Position numbers and translations under genes: made by a program
NCBI RefSeq assembly: GCF_000010065.1
Contig: NC_006576.1
Span: 1,170,001-1,202,000 of the forward strand
Length of the DNA stretch: 32,000 nt
Direction of reading: 5' to 3'
Source: Synechococcus elongatus PCC 6301
Lineage (GTDB): Bacteria > Cyanobacteriota > Cyanobacteriia > Synechococcales > Synechococcaceae
The notes under the pieces: generated by a model
The model's database searches: none
What the model was told of the DNA's origin: nothing
The model's input: the letters and a program-made list of their open reading frames with translations, nothing else
Part shown: positions 1-14,441 of the stretch, one piece after another
Numbering within the stretch: position 1 is the stretch's first letter
Layout: each line of letters opens with the position of its first letter

Positions 1-342
1 ATGGCGGGAAAAGGGTTCGGCTTCAGCCTCGGCAAAATGAAAGAGCTTGCTGATGCCTTCAAAAAAGCGCAGCAAGTGCAAGAAGGCGCCAAGCAGGTTC
101 AAGAAGACCTCAACAACATGGAAATCGAAGGCCAAGCCCAGGGTGGCTTGGTCAAAGTCTGGGTCAGTGGCAACCAAGAGCCTCTACGTGCTGAAATTGC
201 CCCCGAGGCCCTGAATGAAGGGGCAGAAGTGCTGTCTGAACTCGTGGCTGCAGCAATGAAGGATGCCTACCAAAAATCTACTGCTGCCATGAAAGAGAAA
301 ATGGAAGCGTTGACTGCTGGCTTGGGTATTCCTGGCCTCTAA
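1..342 (+). CDS. YbaB/EbfC family nucleoid-associated protein
   Basis: 113 aa ORF starting with ATG at base 1, [33 protein letters not shown]...; N-terminal coiled region and size typical of the family. Confidence 0.85.
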
Positions 343-432
343 TTGCTGATTAGTGTGAAAGATAGCGGGGCGATCGTAAGGTCTCCCCGTTTTTGCTGTT
401 TAGGTTGGTTGCGATCGCAGAGGAAGTTTGCA

Positions 433-924
433 ATGACCGTCAAAGTACTGTTCGTCTGTCTGGGCAACATCTGCCGTTCGCCCTCGGCAGAAAACATCAT
501 GAATCACTTGCTCGCTGAAGCAGGACTCGATCGCGCCGTGCGCTGCGATTCTGCTGGGACTGCCAGCTATCACGTCGGCAATCCACCCGATCGCCGCATG
601 ACGGCTGCTGCCCGCGAACAAGGCATCACCATGCAGGGCAAAGCCCGCCAGTTTCATCGCACGGATTTTGAGCAGTTCGACCTGATTCTGGCGATGGACG
701 ACGAAAACTACGAGGATATTGTGGCCCTCGATCGCGCCGGTGAGTATCGCCACAAGGTGCGGCGCATGTGCGAGTTCTGCCGCGAGTTTCGCGATCGCGA
801 AGTGCCCGATCCCTACTACGGTGGTCCCGAAGGATTTCGTTATGTGATCAATCTGCTGCTCGATGCCTGTGGCGGACTGCTTGAGCACTTACAACAAGAG
901 GGACTGATTAAAACTCACCGCTAA
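433..924 (+). CDS. Low molecular weight protein-tyrosine phosphatase
   Basis: P-loop VCLGNICRSPSAE near the N-terminus and the DPYYG motif near the C-terminus. ATG at 433 preferred over the TTG at 343 used in the ORF track. Confidence 0.93.
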   Translation: MTVKVLFVCLGNICRSPSAENIMNHLLAEAGLDRAVRCDSAGTASYHVGNPPDRRMTAAAREQGITMQGKARQFHRTDFEQFDLILAMDDENYEDIVALDRAGEYRHKVRRMCEFCREFRDREVPDPYYGGPEGFRYVINLLLDACGGLLEHLQQEGLIKTHR

Positions 925-1511
925 TGATTTCCTCTATTGATGCGCAATCTCTCCTCGATTTCTGGTTTGGCAAGCCTACTGACCCGGAGTATGGTCTACC
1001 GCGATCGCCGTGGTTCCAGAAGTCAGAGACATTTGATGCCGAGATGCGCGATCGCTTCTTGGGCCTTTACGAGCAAGTCTGCGCTAAGGGAGTTGATCTG
1101 GAGGCGATCGCTACGCCCCAGCAGGCACTGGCATTGCTACTGTTGTTCGATCAAGTACCGCGCAACTGTTTCCGCGATCGCCCCGAAGCCTTTGCCACCG
1201 ATCCCTTGGCTCTAGCGATCGCCAATCACTGCCTAGTCCAAGGCTGGGATCAGCAACTGCTGCCAGTGCAGCGTTGGTTTGTCTACCTGCCCTTGGAACA
1301 CAGCGAAAATCTTGCTGACCAAGATCGGGCGGTTGCTTTGTTTGAAGCGCTAGGGGATGACCCGATCCATACAGGTGCGATCGCCTATGCCCATCAGCAC
1401 CACGAGATCATTGCGCGGTTTGGCCGCTTCCCTCACCGAAACGAGATTCTTGGGCGATCTTCCACACCAGAAGAACTCGCTTTCCTACAACAGCCGGGCT
1501 CGCGCTTCTAA
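924..1511 (+). CDS. DUF924 family protein
   Basis: LLDFWFGKP...PWFQKSETFDAEMRDRF... and LALLLLFDQVPRNCFR motifs typical of DUF924; start overlaps the upstream stop (TAATG). Confidence 0.88.
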   Translation: MISSIDAQSLLDFWFGKPTDPEYGLPRSPWFQKSETFDAEMRDRFLGLYEQVCAKGVDLEAIATPQQALALLLLFDQVPRNCFRDRPEAFATDPLALAIANHCLVQGWDQQLLPVQRWFVYLPLEHSENLADQDRAVALFEALGDDPIHTGAIAYAHQHHEIIARFGRFPHRNEILGRSSTPEELAFLQQPGSRF

Positions 1512-1567
1512 TCTCAGCTGTGTTAGTCCCAGCAACCCATGTCCACAGCGACTAAAATCTAGCCACA

Positions 1568-2005
1568 ATGCTTGATAGCGATCGGCGCGAGGGCTTGCTG
1601 CCGCCCCTGCGAGTTCTCCTCACTCTCTTACTGGCCATCGGAGTCATCTTTCGTAGCTATGAGCCACAAGACATCACCCTCCCTTGGACCGGACTCTCGC
1701 TCCCCTTCATCCCCGACAGCCGTGCCGAACTCTTCGACGCCGCCTACAACTGCTTCTGGATCGCGACCTTGGTGGCGATCGCTCTTGTCCTTCTTGAATG
1801 GGACGGCCAGCGAATTGGACGAAATCGACGCGCTGAAAGCCGAAACCGAGATGCTGCAAGAGAACAACAAGAAGCTCGCCGAGCTCGAATCCAAGCTCAA
1901 GTCCTTGTGGCGATCGGACAGCAGCAACTCAACGACAGCGCCGAATCCCGACAACGGCTAGCTGACGCGATCGCTCTGCTTCAGGAGTACGGCGATCTGT
2001 TATGA
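1568..2005 (+). CDS. Hypothetical membrane-anchored coiled-coil protein (reading frame uncertain after about 1800)
   Basis: 145 aa ORF with two hydrophobic segments (RVLLTLLLAIGVIF; CFWIATLVAIALVLLEW). An overlapping ORF (1572..1961) carries a better-looking coiled coil in the middle. Confidence 0.5.
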   Translation: MLDSDRREGLLPPLRVLLTLLLAIGVIFRSYEPQDITLPWTGLSLPFIPDSRAELFDAAYNCFWIATLVAIALVLLEWDGQRIGRNRRAESRNRDAAREQQEARRARIQAQVLVAIGQQQLNDSAESRQRLADAIALLQEYGDLL

Positions 2006-2101
2006 CAATCTCGTTTTCGCTGAGGCAGTAGCTCACTGACTGTTCATGAGCGCTGAAGCTCGCGCTTTGCCCGACAGTGGCAAGAAAGTCGATCCCTTTT
2101 G

Positions 2102-2575
2102 ATGCAATACCGTGAGTTATCCGCCAGTGAATGGCCTTGGCCGTTATTACTAGAGGCGGATCCTAGCCGAGAGCAAATCGAGCGCTACATTCATGATTCG
2201 ACGGTACTCGGGATGTTCAACGAGCAGACGGTCATCGGTGTGATCGTCCTGCAAGCGCAGTCCCCACAAGTCTTTGAGGTGATGAATCTGGCGGTTGAAC
2301 CCGACTATCGCGGCCAAGGGATTGGTAAGGCACTGATGGTCGCAGCGATCGCGCGAGCACAAGCTGAGGGAGGACGACGACTGATTGTCGCCACAGGGAA
2401 CTCTAGTCTCGATCCCTTGGCATTTTATCAGAAGCTAGGGTTCAGCCTCGAAGCCTGTGAGCCGGACTACTTTGTCCGCACTTATCCGACTCCCATCTTT
2501 GAAAATGGCCTGCAATGCCGCGATCGCCTTTGGCTAGGCCTCTCCCTAGAGTCAGATGGCAAGCGTCCGCTTTGA
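2102..2575 (+). CDS. GNAT family N-acetyltransferase
   Basis: VEPDYRGQGIGKALM acetyl-CoA binding motif and FYQKLGFSLEAC; ATG at 2102. Confidence 0.9.
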   Translation: MQYRELSASEWPWPLLLEADPSREQIERYIHDSTVLGMFNEQTVIGVIVLQAQSPQVFEVMNLAVEPDYRGQGIGKALMVAAIARAQAEGGRRLIVATGNSSLDPLAFYQKLGFSLEACEPDYFVRTYPTPIFENGLQCRDRLWLGLSLESDGKRPL

Positions 2576-2690
2576 GATCAGCCGTTTTTTAGCAGTGCAC
2601 TCGCAGCCTAGACAGGGCGAACACTCACTCTCATTCAGCACCACTGCGATAGGCCAGCCAGAATCCTAAGCGGTCAGGCGATAGTAGTAA

Positions 2691-3824
<1,134 letters not shown>

Positions 3825-3829
3825 TCGCC

Positions 3830-4666
3830 ATGGAACTGCTTTCTTCACACCGCAGCTTTGGCGGCTGGCAGCAGCGCTACGGCTTTAAGTCCACTTCACT
3901 GAATAGTGAGACAACCCTCTCGGTTTATCTACCGCCACAAGCTGATCGAGGTTCTGTGCCGCTGCTCTATTGGCTCTCAGGGCTGACCTGTACAGACGAA
4001 AATTTCGTCACCAAAGCGGGGGCGCAGCGTGCTGCTGCGGAATTGGGATTGGCGATCGCTGCTCCCGATACGAGTCCCCGCGGGGCAGCTGTTGCGGATG
4101 ATGCCGGCTGGGATCTCGGTCAAGGTGCAGGCTTTTACGTTGATGCGACGCAGGATCCTTGGCGATCGCACTACCAAATGGCGACCTACGTTCGGGATGA
4201 GTTGCCGGCATTACTGGCAGCACACTTTCCAGCGATCGACTGCGATCGCGCGGGGATTTCCGGTCATTCGATGGGCGGTCACGGCGCATTGACTTTAGCG
4301 CTGAACAACCCCGATCGCTATCGCTCAGCTTCGGCCTTTGCCCCGATCGCCGCACCCAGCCAATGTCCTTGGGGTGAGAAAGCCCTGACCGCTTACCTCG
4401 GAAGCGATCGCAGCGCGTGGCTGACCTACGATGCCTGCGAATGTTTGAAGACCAGCGCTTGGGATCGACCGATCTTGGTGGATCAAGGTGAAGCCGATGA
4501 GTTTCTTGCCGGTCAACTGTTGCCGCAGCAGCTAGAACAGGCAGCGCAAGCAGCAGGAAAAGCACTGACCCTGCGCTACCAGCCGGACTACAACCACAGC
4601 TACTTTTTCATCGCCAGCTTCATTGATGATCACCTGCGCTTCCACGCTGAGCAGCTAGGGAGCTGA
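3830..4666 (+). CDS. frmB: S-formylglutathione hydrolase
   Basis: [31 protein letters not shown] serine hydrolase motif; 5 nt downstream of frmA. Confidence 0.93.
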   Translation: MELLSSHRSFGGWQQRYGFKSTSLNSETTLSVYLPPQADRGSVPLLYWLSGLTCTDENFVTKAGAQRAAAELGLAIAAPDTSPRGAAVADDAGWDLGQGAGFYVDATQDPWRSHYQMATYVRDELPALLAAHFPAIDCDRAGISGHSMGGHGALTLALNNPDRYRSASAFAPIAAPSQCPWGEKALTAYLGSDRSAWLTYDACECLKTSAWDRPILVDQGEADEFLAGQLLPQQLEQAAQAAGKALTLRYQPDYNHSYFFIASFIDDHLRFHAEQLGS

Positions 4667-4701
4667 GTCTTGTCCTTCGACTGTGAGCCTTGGGACTGCC
4701 A

Positions 4702-5319
4702 CTAGTGAAGGGATGGCAAAACTCGCAATGCAAAAGCTTTCCCAACAGCAGAGGTCTTTTTAGCGGATGTTTCTGGTGACTGGTCAATAGTATCGGCTGC
4801 AGTCATGAGGAACAAATAAGTGGGGAGATTTCCTGCCAAAGCTCCGATCGCTTGCAACTGGTGAATGGAAGACTGAACAGTTGTAATCACATCTTCAAGA
4901 CTTGCTGGAGAGGCGTTTTCCTTGAGCCAGCGATGAACAGTATTTAGCAGCCCTTGAACAAGCATTGTTTGATTTGCACTGATTAGCCCATTGATGACGC
5001 ATAGAAGATTATCAATGACAGCAGTCTCATAATCGGCCATCAATAAACCGTTGACTGCATCCAGCAAGGAAGGAGTGAGCGAGCTATGACCCTTGAGGGC
5101 TGCAGTGAGGCTTGCAAGATCAAGAGAGTCACTGATCTGGAGTAAATCACTCAAATTCTGAAGCGCGATATTTCCAGTATCGGCAAGCTCTGGTGAGAGG
5201 CTACCCTGACCTGAGCGATCGCTTTTCACAACATATAGCGAGTTCATCCTGAGACTCTCCCAAACCACAAAAATCAGTTGTCCAAGAGAGATACGTTCAG
5301 TGTCGCTGAGCGGATGCAT
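4702..5319 (-). CDS. Hypothetical protein
   Basis: 205 aa uninterrupted ORF, largely helical and soluble-looking; no family recognised. Confidence 0.5.
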   Translation of the reverse strand: MHPLSDTERISLGQLIFVVWESLRMNSLYVVKSDRSGQGSLSPELADTGNIALQNLSDLLQISDSLDLASLTAALKGHSSLTPSLLDAVNGLLMADYETAVIDNLLCVINGLISANQTMLVQGLLNTVHRWLKENASPASLEDVITTVQSSIHQLQAIGALAGNLPTYLFLMTAADTIDQSPETSAKKTSAVGKAFALRVLPSLH

Positions 5320-5534
5320 CTGATCGGAAAATTTTAGTGGTGCGGCATAAGTCGAGTGCTGGAACTTTTAAATTCTGAATTAAAACCAATGAAATACAAG
5401 GTTTTAGACAGCTATCTTGTACTTAGATGCAACTGGTTTCTTGTCCCACATCCTGCTGGATAATCGGCAGATATACAGAATCGGGGAGATGGCATTGCCA
5501 CCTCCCCGATCGCGTAAAGCTTGTGTGTTGAGTC

Positions 5535-5672
5535 TTAGCGGAAGCCGACTGCTGCTTGCCACACGAAGGCGAGCAAGAGGAAGAACACCGGAATCACAGG
5601 CAGTACGTCTACCAAGGGATCGAAGATTTGGTAGGCTTCCGGCAATTTCGCCAAGAGCAATGCAGCTTCCAT
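5535..5672 (-). CDS. psbK: Photosystem II reaction center protein K
   Basis: [45 protein letters not shown]; mature KLPEAY...W(Q)AAVGFR is diagnostic. CAT at 5670-5672. Confidence 0.97.
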
Positions 5673-5725
5673 CGTTGAACTCCCTTCTCTGAACGCAAGA
5701 CTCGACTCAGTTGTTCTGAATGCTA

Positions 5726-7644
<1,919 letters not shown>

Positions 7645-7664
<20 letters not shown>

Positions 7665-8858
7665 TCCAAACCGGCACGGTGAAGACGAAGGCTACACCCG
7701 TTTTGGGTAAGTCTGGCTGGTAAGCCGCTGCAGGGCTGTAGCAGCGTAAATCACCGCCGACAGACTGGCTGAGGTCACGAGCGATCGCTAAACCCAAGCC
7801 GCTGCCGGGAATTTCGCCCTTCCCTTGGACACCACGAAAATTGCGCTCGAATAGGTGCGGTAAGTCTTCTGCTGGGATCTGAGGACCGTCATCCCAAACG
7901 CAGAAGGCGATCGCAGCGGTATCCAAAGCCACCCAACTTAAACCGATGCAGCCCGACACTGGTGTGTATTTGCAGGCGTTTTCTAGCAAATTCCCCAGAA
8001 TTTCCTGCAGGGTGCTGGCGGGTGCCAAGACGGGAGGCAGCGGTCGCCAATCTTGCACTTCAAAGGCCAGCCCTTTCTCCTGGGCGATCGCGACGGTTCG
8101 CTCAATTAACAGCGGCAAATAATCATCAACTTCTGTCGGAATCTGCGGCGAAGCCGAGTTTAACAACAGTGGATTCGCACTGGGTAAAGCCGCGGTCGGA
8201 GCGGACTGGGAAGGTGAGTTGAGCAAGTTGAGGAGATCAGCTAGGCGATCGCTCTCTCGCAGCAAGCTCGCTGCTAACTGACGATTGCGTTCCTCGGGTT
8301 GCATACGGCGCAACAACAATTTGGCAAAGGTGCGCAGCGCCGTCAGCGGATTTTTGATCTGGTGTAGTAGAACCTCGAGCCGATCTTGCTCTTGAAGCTG
8401 CCAGTAATCGCGGTGCTGCAGTTGTTGTTGCAACAGCTGATTTTGTTGATCGAGCGATCGCCCCAGGGCCAAGGTGTCCGCAATTTGCTCCAGTTGTAGG
8501 GCTTCAGGTTCCGTCCAGTCGCGATCGTCACGACGGGTCACCAACAAGCCCAAAACTTGGTCGCCCTGCCGCAGCGGAATCCAGCGCTGATAAGACAGCT
8601 CGCCCATTTCTGAAGAGCGCATGAACTGCTCAATCGGCAGGGCCAATTTCGGGGCCGGCACGGATACAGCACTGTCACGAACTGGCGCCAAGGTGGATTG
8701 CGCGTAACCGGATAGAGGGCAATCGGCACTAGCATGGTTGCCGAGTCCTGCGCTTGGGGATCGACGAGGTAAACAGCACTGAGACTGGCCCCCAGCGCTT
8801 GGCTCAACAATTCGAGTTGCGCTTGGCAAATCTGCGAAAACTCGACCCCGGTCGTCAT
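7645..8858 (-). CDS. GAF-domain sensor histidine kinase, apparently frame-disrupted (7645..8934 and 8538..8858 ORFs)
   Basis: HQIKNPLTALRTFAKLLLRRM (H box), LQEILGNLLENACKYTP (N box), DDGPQIP and GSGLGLAIARDL (G boxes) in one frame. The N-terminal GAF portion (MTTGVEFSQICQAQLELLSQALGASLSAVYLVDP...) lies in another frame. Confidence 0.8.
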
Positions 8859-9151
8859 CCACGATCCCCATCAATCTGAGACGGAGCTCTGCCAAGCCTA
8901 ACGCGAGCCTTTGCCCACAGCCTAGCGAGATCAAGGATAGGGGGACTGCTTAAAGAGGTGAGCGATCGCACCAAACTTAAAAAGTCATAAGGAAACTGAT
9001 ACGGACTGTAACGTCCGGCTTGTGCGACCCCAGCACTATCTATATGATGGAAGTTAATTTTGTATTGACAATTACAGAGCGTTCAGTTCTTTTTGGGCTG
9101 CTTGAAGCTCTGGGTAACGTGCAAGATCGGCCGAACCGAGGGGGTAAAGTC

Positions 9152-9481
9152 GTGGCGAGAAGACGGAAACGGAAAAGTCGGCGGCGTCTAGAAGGACGGA
9201 AAATTCTCGACTTGGTGCCTCAATATAGCATCGACAGTGGCGATGACAAGCCTGTGACGGCTGCTCGCAACTTCATCCATTCCGAGAAAATTGCACCGCC
9301 GGCTCTGCTGTTGGTCAAGCGCAACGAACACACGACCGATCGCTACTTCTGGGCCGAAAAAGGCCTATTCGGCGCTCAGTACGTTGAAGAGAATCACTTC
9401 TTGTTCCCCAGTCTGCGTGCCCTCCTAGAAGAGGAAGAAGAGTACGAAGACGAAGAAGAACCGATGTTGGCGACCTGCTAG
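9152..9481 (+). CDS. DUF3155 domain protein
   Basis: VARRRKRKSRRRLEGRKILDLVPQYSIDSGDDKPVTAARNFI; GTG start at 9152 preferred because conserved sequence begins there. Confidence 0.8.
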   Translation: MARRRKRKSRRRLEGRKILDLVPQYSIDSGDDKPVTAARNFIHSEKIAPPALLLVKRNEHTTDRYFWAEKGLFGAQYVEENHFLFPSLRALLEEEEEYEDEEEPMLATC

Positions 9482-9580
9482 GTCGGCGATCGGGCTCACT
9501 CACTCCGTTGTAGTTTGTGTTGAAAAGCGTAGCGATCGCTCAAGATCCCTACGCTTTTTGCTGGATGCTCTCTCGGGAAT

Positions 9581-10219
9581 TCAGTCGCTGGCCACCGCAG
9601 TGTGGGGTGGCAGTTGCTGATTCAAAAAGTCGCGCAGTGCGGCGATCGCAGGGCGATCGATCCAGTGACCGCTCTGTGTTGGGAGGAGCTGACTTTGGCA
9701 ACCAGCCGCTTGGAGCCGTTGGTGAATCTCTTCACCCGCTGCGAAGGGAACGACCGGATCGATCGTCCCATGGGTAACGATCGCGGTTGGTGTTAGGGCC
9801 TTAGGCCATTCGAGCGACGGATGCCAATAGCCGCTGCAGATCATCAAGCCTTTGACGGGCAGCAGAGCGCCCATTTCCAAAGTCATGGCAGCTCCTTGCG
9901 AAAAGCCCAATAGCAGTGTGCTCGATAGCGGTTGTTGGGTTTGCGCGGGTAACGCCAGCAACCAAGCTTTTAGTGCAGCGATCGCTTCGGACAAGCCTGG
10001 CCAATCGGTCTGGTAGAGGTCGTACCACATGCGACCGGCTTCTGTGCCTGGGCAAGTCAGCGGCGCTTCGACGGACCAGAGGTCCAGATCTGGTCGCGCA
10101 AACTCGGCATCGAGTCCGAGGAGATCCTCTGCATTCGCCCCAAAGCCATGGAGCAGCACCACTTGTCCGGCAGCAGGAGCGATCGCCGGGCGATGGCGAG
10201 CAGTCAGCATTATGGTCAT
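9581..10219 (-). CDS. Alpha/beta hydrolase, phospholipase/carboxylesterase type
   Basis: QVVLLHGFGANAEDLLGLD, LLGFSQGAAMTLEMG nucleophile elbow, HGTIDPVVPF, SGHWI. Confidence 0.88.
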   Translation of the reverse strand: MTIMLTARHRPAIAPAAGQVVLLHGFGANAEDLLGLDAEFARPDLDLWSVEAPLTCPGTEAGRMWYDLYQTDWPGLSEAIAALKAWLLALPAQTQQPLSSTLLLGFSQGAAMTLEMGALLPVKGLMICSGYWHPSLEWPKALTPTAIVTHGTIDPVVPFAAGEEIHQRLQAAGCQSQLLPTQSGHWIDRPAIAALRDFLNQQLPPHTAVASD

Positions 10220-10291
10220 CCCAAGGCTTCCAGTCAGGTGACGCTATTCTCGCAAGCCTGACCCGGAGCTGCCGTTTTCCGCAAAAGAAGA

Positions 10292-10313
10292 GCCTCTAGC
10301 GATTGCTAGAGGC
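10292..10313. repeat. Perfect inverted repeat GCCTCTAGC-GATT-GCTAGAGGC
   Basis: 9-bp perfect stem, 4-nt loop, with a pyrimidine-rich tract (TCTTCTTTTG) following it on the minus strand. Confidence 0.6.
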
Positions 10314-10584
10314 CGAAAAACAGCTTCTCCTGCTTTCGGGTTGGTGGAGAAGTCTGAGCTGTTTGCAGTCTGGCTGAGGAGTCCTTAGAAGATCCAGAGT
10401 CTTCAATGAAATGTGAGCTTTGCAAAAGCAGGGACTTTCTTGCCCATGAAGGAATGCTCAGAGTGCGATCGCTGCGCCTCAATCCTCAGCCTTAGAACTT
10501 TTCAAGCGACTCGCCAACCCCAAGAGCCGCCAAGCAATCGCGGCCTGCGTCACAATGGCGGGTAGTTGAACCTTCCGAGATGGC

Positions 10585-10830
10585 ATGGCTACAGAGACTT
10601 TGGCCCTGACGCCCGAAAACGTAGAAACCGTCCTGGACGAGCTGCGCCCCTACCTCATTGCCGATGGCGGCAACGTCGAACTGGTTGAGTTGGATGGCCC
10701 AATCGTCAAGCTGCGCCTCAATGGTGCCTGCGGCTCCTGCCCCAGCTCGACCATGACCCTGCGCATGGGCATTGAACGCAAGCTGCGGGAATCGATTCCT
10801 GAAATTTCTGAAGTCGAACAGGTCTTCTAA
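10585..10830 (+). CDS. NifU C-terminal domain (Nfu) Fe-S scaffold protein
   Basis: [16 protein letters not shown]...[27 protein letters not shown] with the CxxC motif. Confidence 0.95.
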   Translation: MATETLALTPENVETVLDELRPYLIADGGNVELVELDGPIVKLRLNGACGSCPSSTMTLRMGIERKLRESIPEISEVEQVF

Positions 10831-10873
10831 AAACGCCTGCATTTAGTTGAGCACCGCCACGCCAGTATGCTGA

Positions 10874-12205
<1,332 letters not shown>

Positions 12206-12251
12206 AGCGCCGGTGTCAGAATAGAGCCATTGACCCTCCTAAGGATTGCGC

Positions 12252-13346
12252 ATGTCAGTTCTGGCTGCGATCGCTGTCTTAGCGTTGCTGATTGTGGTGC
12301 ATGAAGCCGGTCACTTTTTGGCAGCACGCTGGCAAGGGATTTACGCCAACCGCTTTTCGATTGGCTTTGGGCCTGTGCTACTGCGCTACCAAGGGAAAGA
12401 AACAGAGTATGCGCTGCGGGCCTTTCCCTTAGGCGGCTACGTCGGCTTCCCTGACGATGACCCCGACAGCACCATCGATCCCCGCGATCCCAATCTGCTG
12501 CGCAACCGCCCTGTCCTCGATCGCGCCATTGTGATCAGCGCTGGCGTGATTGCCAACCTCATCTTTGCCTTCGTGATTTTGGTCACCCAAGTTTCGATCG
12601 TTGGGATCCCCCAATCGCTGCAGCCCCAGCCGGGCATCATCGTGCCCCATGTCATGGGGGAGAAAACCCCTGCGGCGATCGCGGGCTTGCAAGCGGGTGA
12701 CATCATCACGGCCCAGGCCGGTCAAACCCTGGGTAGTGGCGAGCAAACGGTGAAGTCGTTTATTCAAACGATCAAAACTAGCGCCGGCCAGACGATTCCA
12801 ATCACCGTGCAGCGGAATGGCAGCAACCTGCAACTTTCCCTGACGCCGGAGACAGGGGCCGATGGCCAAGGCCGGATTGGCGTGCAACTCGCACCCAATG
12901 GCCAAATCAACTACCGACGACCGAAAGGCCCAGGTGAAGTGCTGCGGTTGGCCTCCCAGCAGTTTGAGGAGATCTTTCGACGCACCGTGCAAGGCTTTGG
13001 TCAGCTGGTGACCAACTTCCAAGAGACGGCAGGCCAAGTTTCAGGCCCTGTCAAAATCGTCGAATGGGGTGCCAATATCGCAGCGAGTGACTCGGGCAAC
13101 CTCTTCTTCTTTGCTGCTTTGATCAGCGTTAACCTCGCTGTGATCAACATCCTGCCGCTGCCAGCCCTCGACGGCGGTCAACTCTTCTTCCTGGCGATCG
13201 AAGCCCTCCAGGGTCGGCCTCTACCTCGCAAATTGCAGGAAGGCGTAATGCAGACGGGCCTGATGCTGCTCTTGGGTTTGGGTATTGTGCTGATTGTGCG
13301 CGACACCACCCAACTGGCTTGGGTTCAGCAATTTCTCCAACAGTGA
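12252..13346 (+). CDS. rseP: RIP metalloprotease (site-2 protease)
   Basis: HEAGH zinc site in a TM segment, PLGGYVGF, central PDZ domain, PLPALDGG motif. Confidence 0.94.
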   Translation: MSVLAAIAVLALLIVVHEAGHFLAARWQGIYANRFSIGFGPVLLRYQGKETEYALRAFPLGGYVGFPDDDPDSTIDPRDPNLLRNRPVLDRAIVISAGVIANLIFAFVILVTQVSIVGIPQSLQPQPGIIVPHVMGEKTPAAIAGLQAGDIITAQAGQTLGSGEQTVKSFIQTIKTSAGQTIPITVQRNGSNLQLSLTPETGADGQGRIGVQLAPNGQINYRRPKGPGEVLRLASQQFEEIFRRTVQGFGQLVTNFQETAGQVSGPVKIVEWGANIAASDSGNLFFFAALISVNLAVINILPLPALDGGQLFFLAIEALQGRPLPRKLQEGVMQTGLMLLLGLGIVLIVRDTTQLAWVQQFLQQ

Positions 13347-14029
13347 CGACACCTCGCTTGTCTAAAAAGCAGCGGGCACTGGCAGTTTTGGCTGAGCTCA
13401 AGCAGCTCTATCCCGAAGCACCCTGCTCGCTGGACTATGAAACGCCCCTACAACTGCTGGTGGCGACGATTTTGTCAGCGCAATGCACCGATGCCAGGGT
13501 CAACTTGGTGACGCCGGCGCTGTTTGCGCGCTTTCCTGATGCTCCTGCTTTTGCAGCGGCGGATGTGGGTGAGATTGAAGAGCTGATCCGCTCCACGGGG
13601 TTTTATCGCAACAAGGCGAAGAACATTCATGCCGCTAGTCGCCGCATTGTCGAGGTCTACGGGGGCGAAGTCCCGCAATCGATGCCAGAGTTGCTGACTC
13701 TGGCGGGGGTTGCCCGCAAGACCGCCAACGTTGTCCTAGCCCATGCCTTCGGGATTAATGCTGGTGTCACGGTGGATACCCACGTCAAACGGCTGGCGAA
13801 TCGCCTCGGCTTCACCACTCACACAGATCCCATCAAGATTGAGCAGGATCTCATGAAACTGCTGCCCCAGCCCGACTGGGAAAACTGGTCAATTCGGTTG
13901 GTCTACCATGGCCGCGCCGTTTGCGATGCCCGTAAACCTGCTTGCGATCGCTGCAGTTTGGCTGACCATTGCAGCACCTTTCGCCGGACAGCCCGAAAGG
14001 CCTCTGGTATTATGGAGAATGCTGTCTAA
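13343..14029 (+). CDS. nth: Endonuclease III
   Basis: [30 protein letters not shown]-like [18 protein letters not shown]-x6-C-x2-C-x5-C iron-sulfur cluster ([17 protein letters not shown]). GTG start at 13343 overlaps the rseP stop. Confidence 0.95.
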
Positions 14030-14058
14030 ATTCCAAAGCATCTCTTCAAGGCAAGCTA

Positions 14059-14361
14059 ATGGCGAAAAAAGCGATGGTCGAGCGCGACCGCAAGCGCAAA
14101 AAACTAGTTGAAAAGTACGCTGCCAAGCGTGAAGCGCTCAAAGAGCAGTTTGCGGCCGCAACCAGCCAATCGGAACGGCTGGAGCTGCATCGCAAGCTTC
14201 AACAACTGCCCCGCAACAGTGCTCCTAACCGTGTGCGCAACCGTTGCTGGGTGACCGGTCGCCCCCGGGGCTACTACCGTGACTTTGGTCTCTGCCGTAA
14301 CGTGCTGCGGGAGATGGCGCACCAAGGTCTGCTGCCGGGCGTGGTTAAGTCGAGCTGGTAA
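14059..14361 (+). CDS. rpsN: 30S ribosomal protein S14
   Basis: [28 protein letters not shown]...[41 protein letters not shown]; zinc-free long form. Confidence 0.97.
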
Positions 14362-14400
14362 GTCAGCCGCGATCGCCTCATTCAAGTTTTAAAGTCAAAG

Positions 14401-14424
14401 GGGAGTCCAATGGGCTCCCTTTTA
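14401..14424 (+). terminator. Rho-independent-type terminator after rpsN
   Basis: GGGAGTCC-AAT-GGGCTCCC (8-bp stem with one G-T pair) followed by TTTTATTTT. Confidence 0.75.
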
Positions 14425-14441
14425 TTTTGGAGGCCTGCGGG

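Noticed and set aside
3977-4565. Overlapping ORFs within frmB (e.g. 4008..4565 minus)
   Set aside because: They are shadows of a clearly assigned esterase gene.
5417-5692. 91-aa plus-strand ORF over psbK
   Set aside because: Mostly antisense to psbK with no recognisable domain.
10405-10494. Possible 29-aa ORF starting MKCELCKSRDFLAHEG with a CxxC motif
   Set aside because: Too short and without a clear ribosome binding site or conserved pattern.
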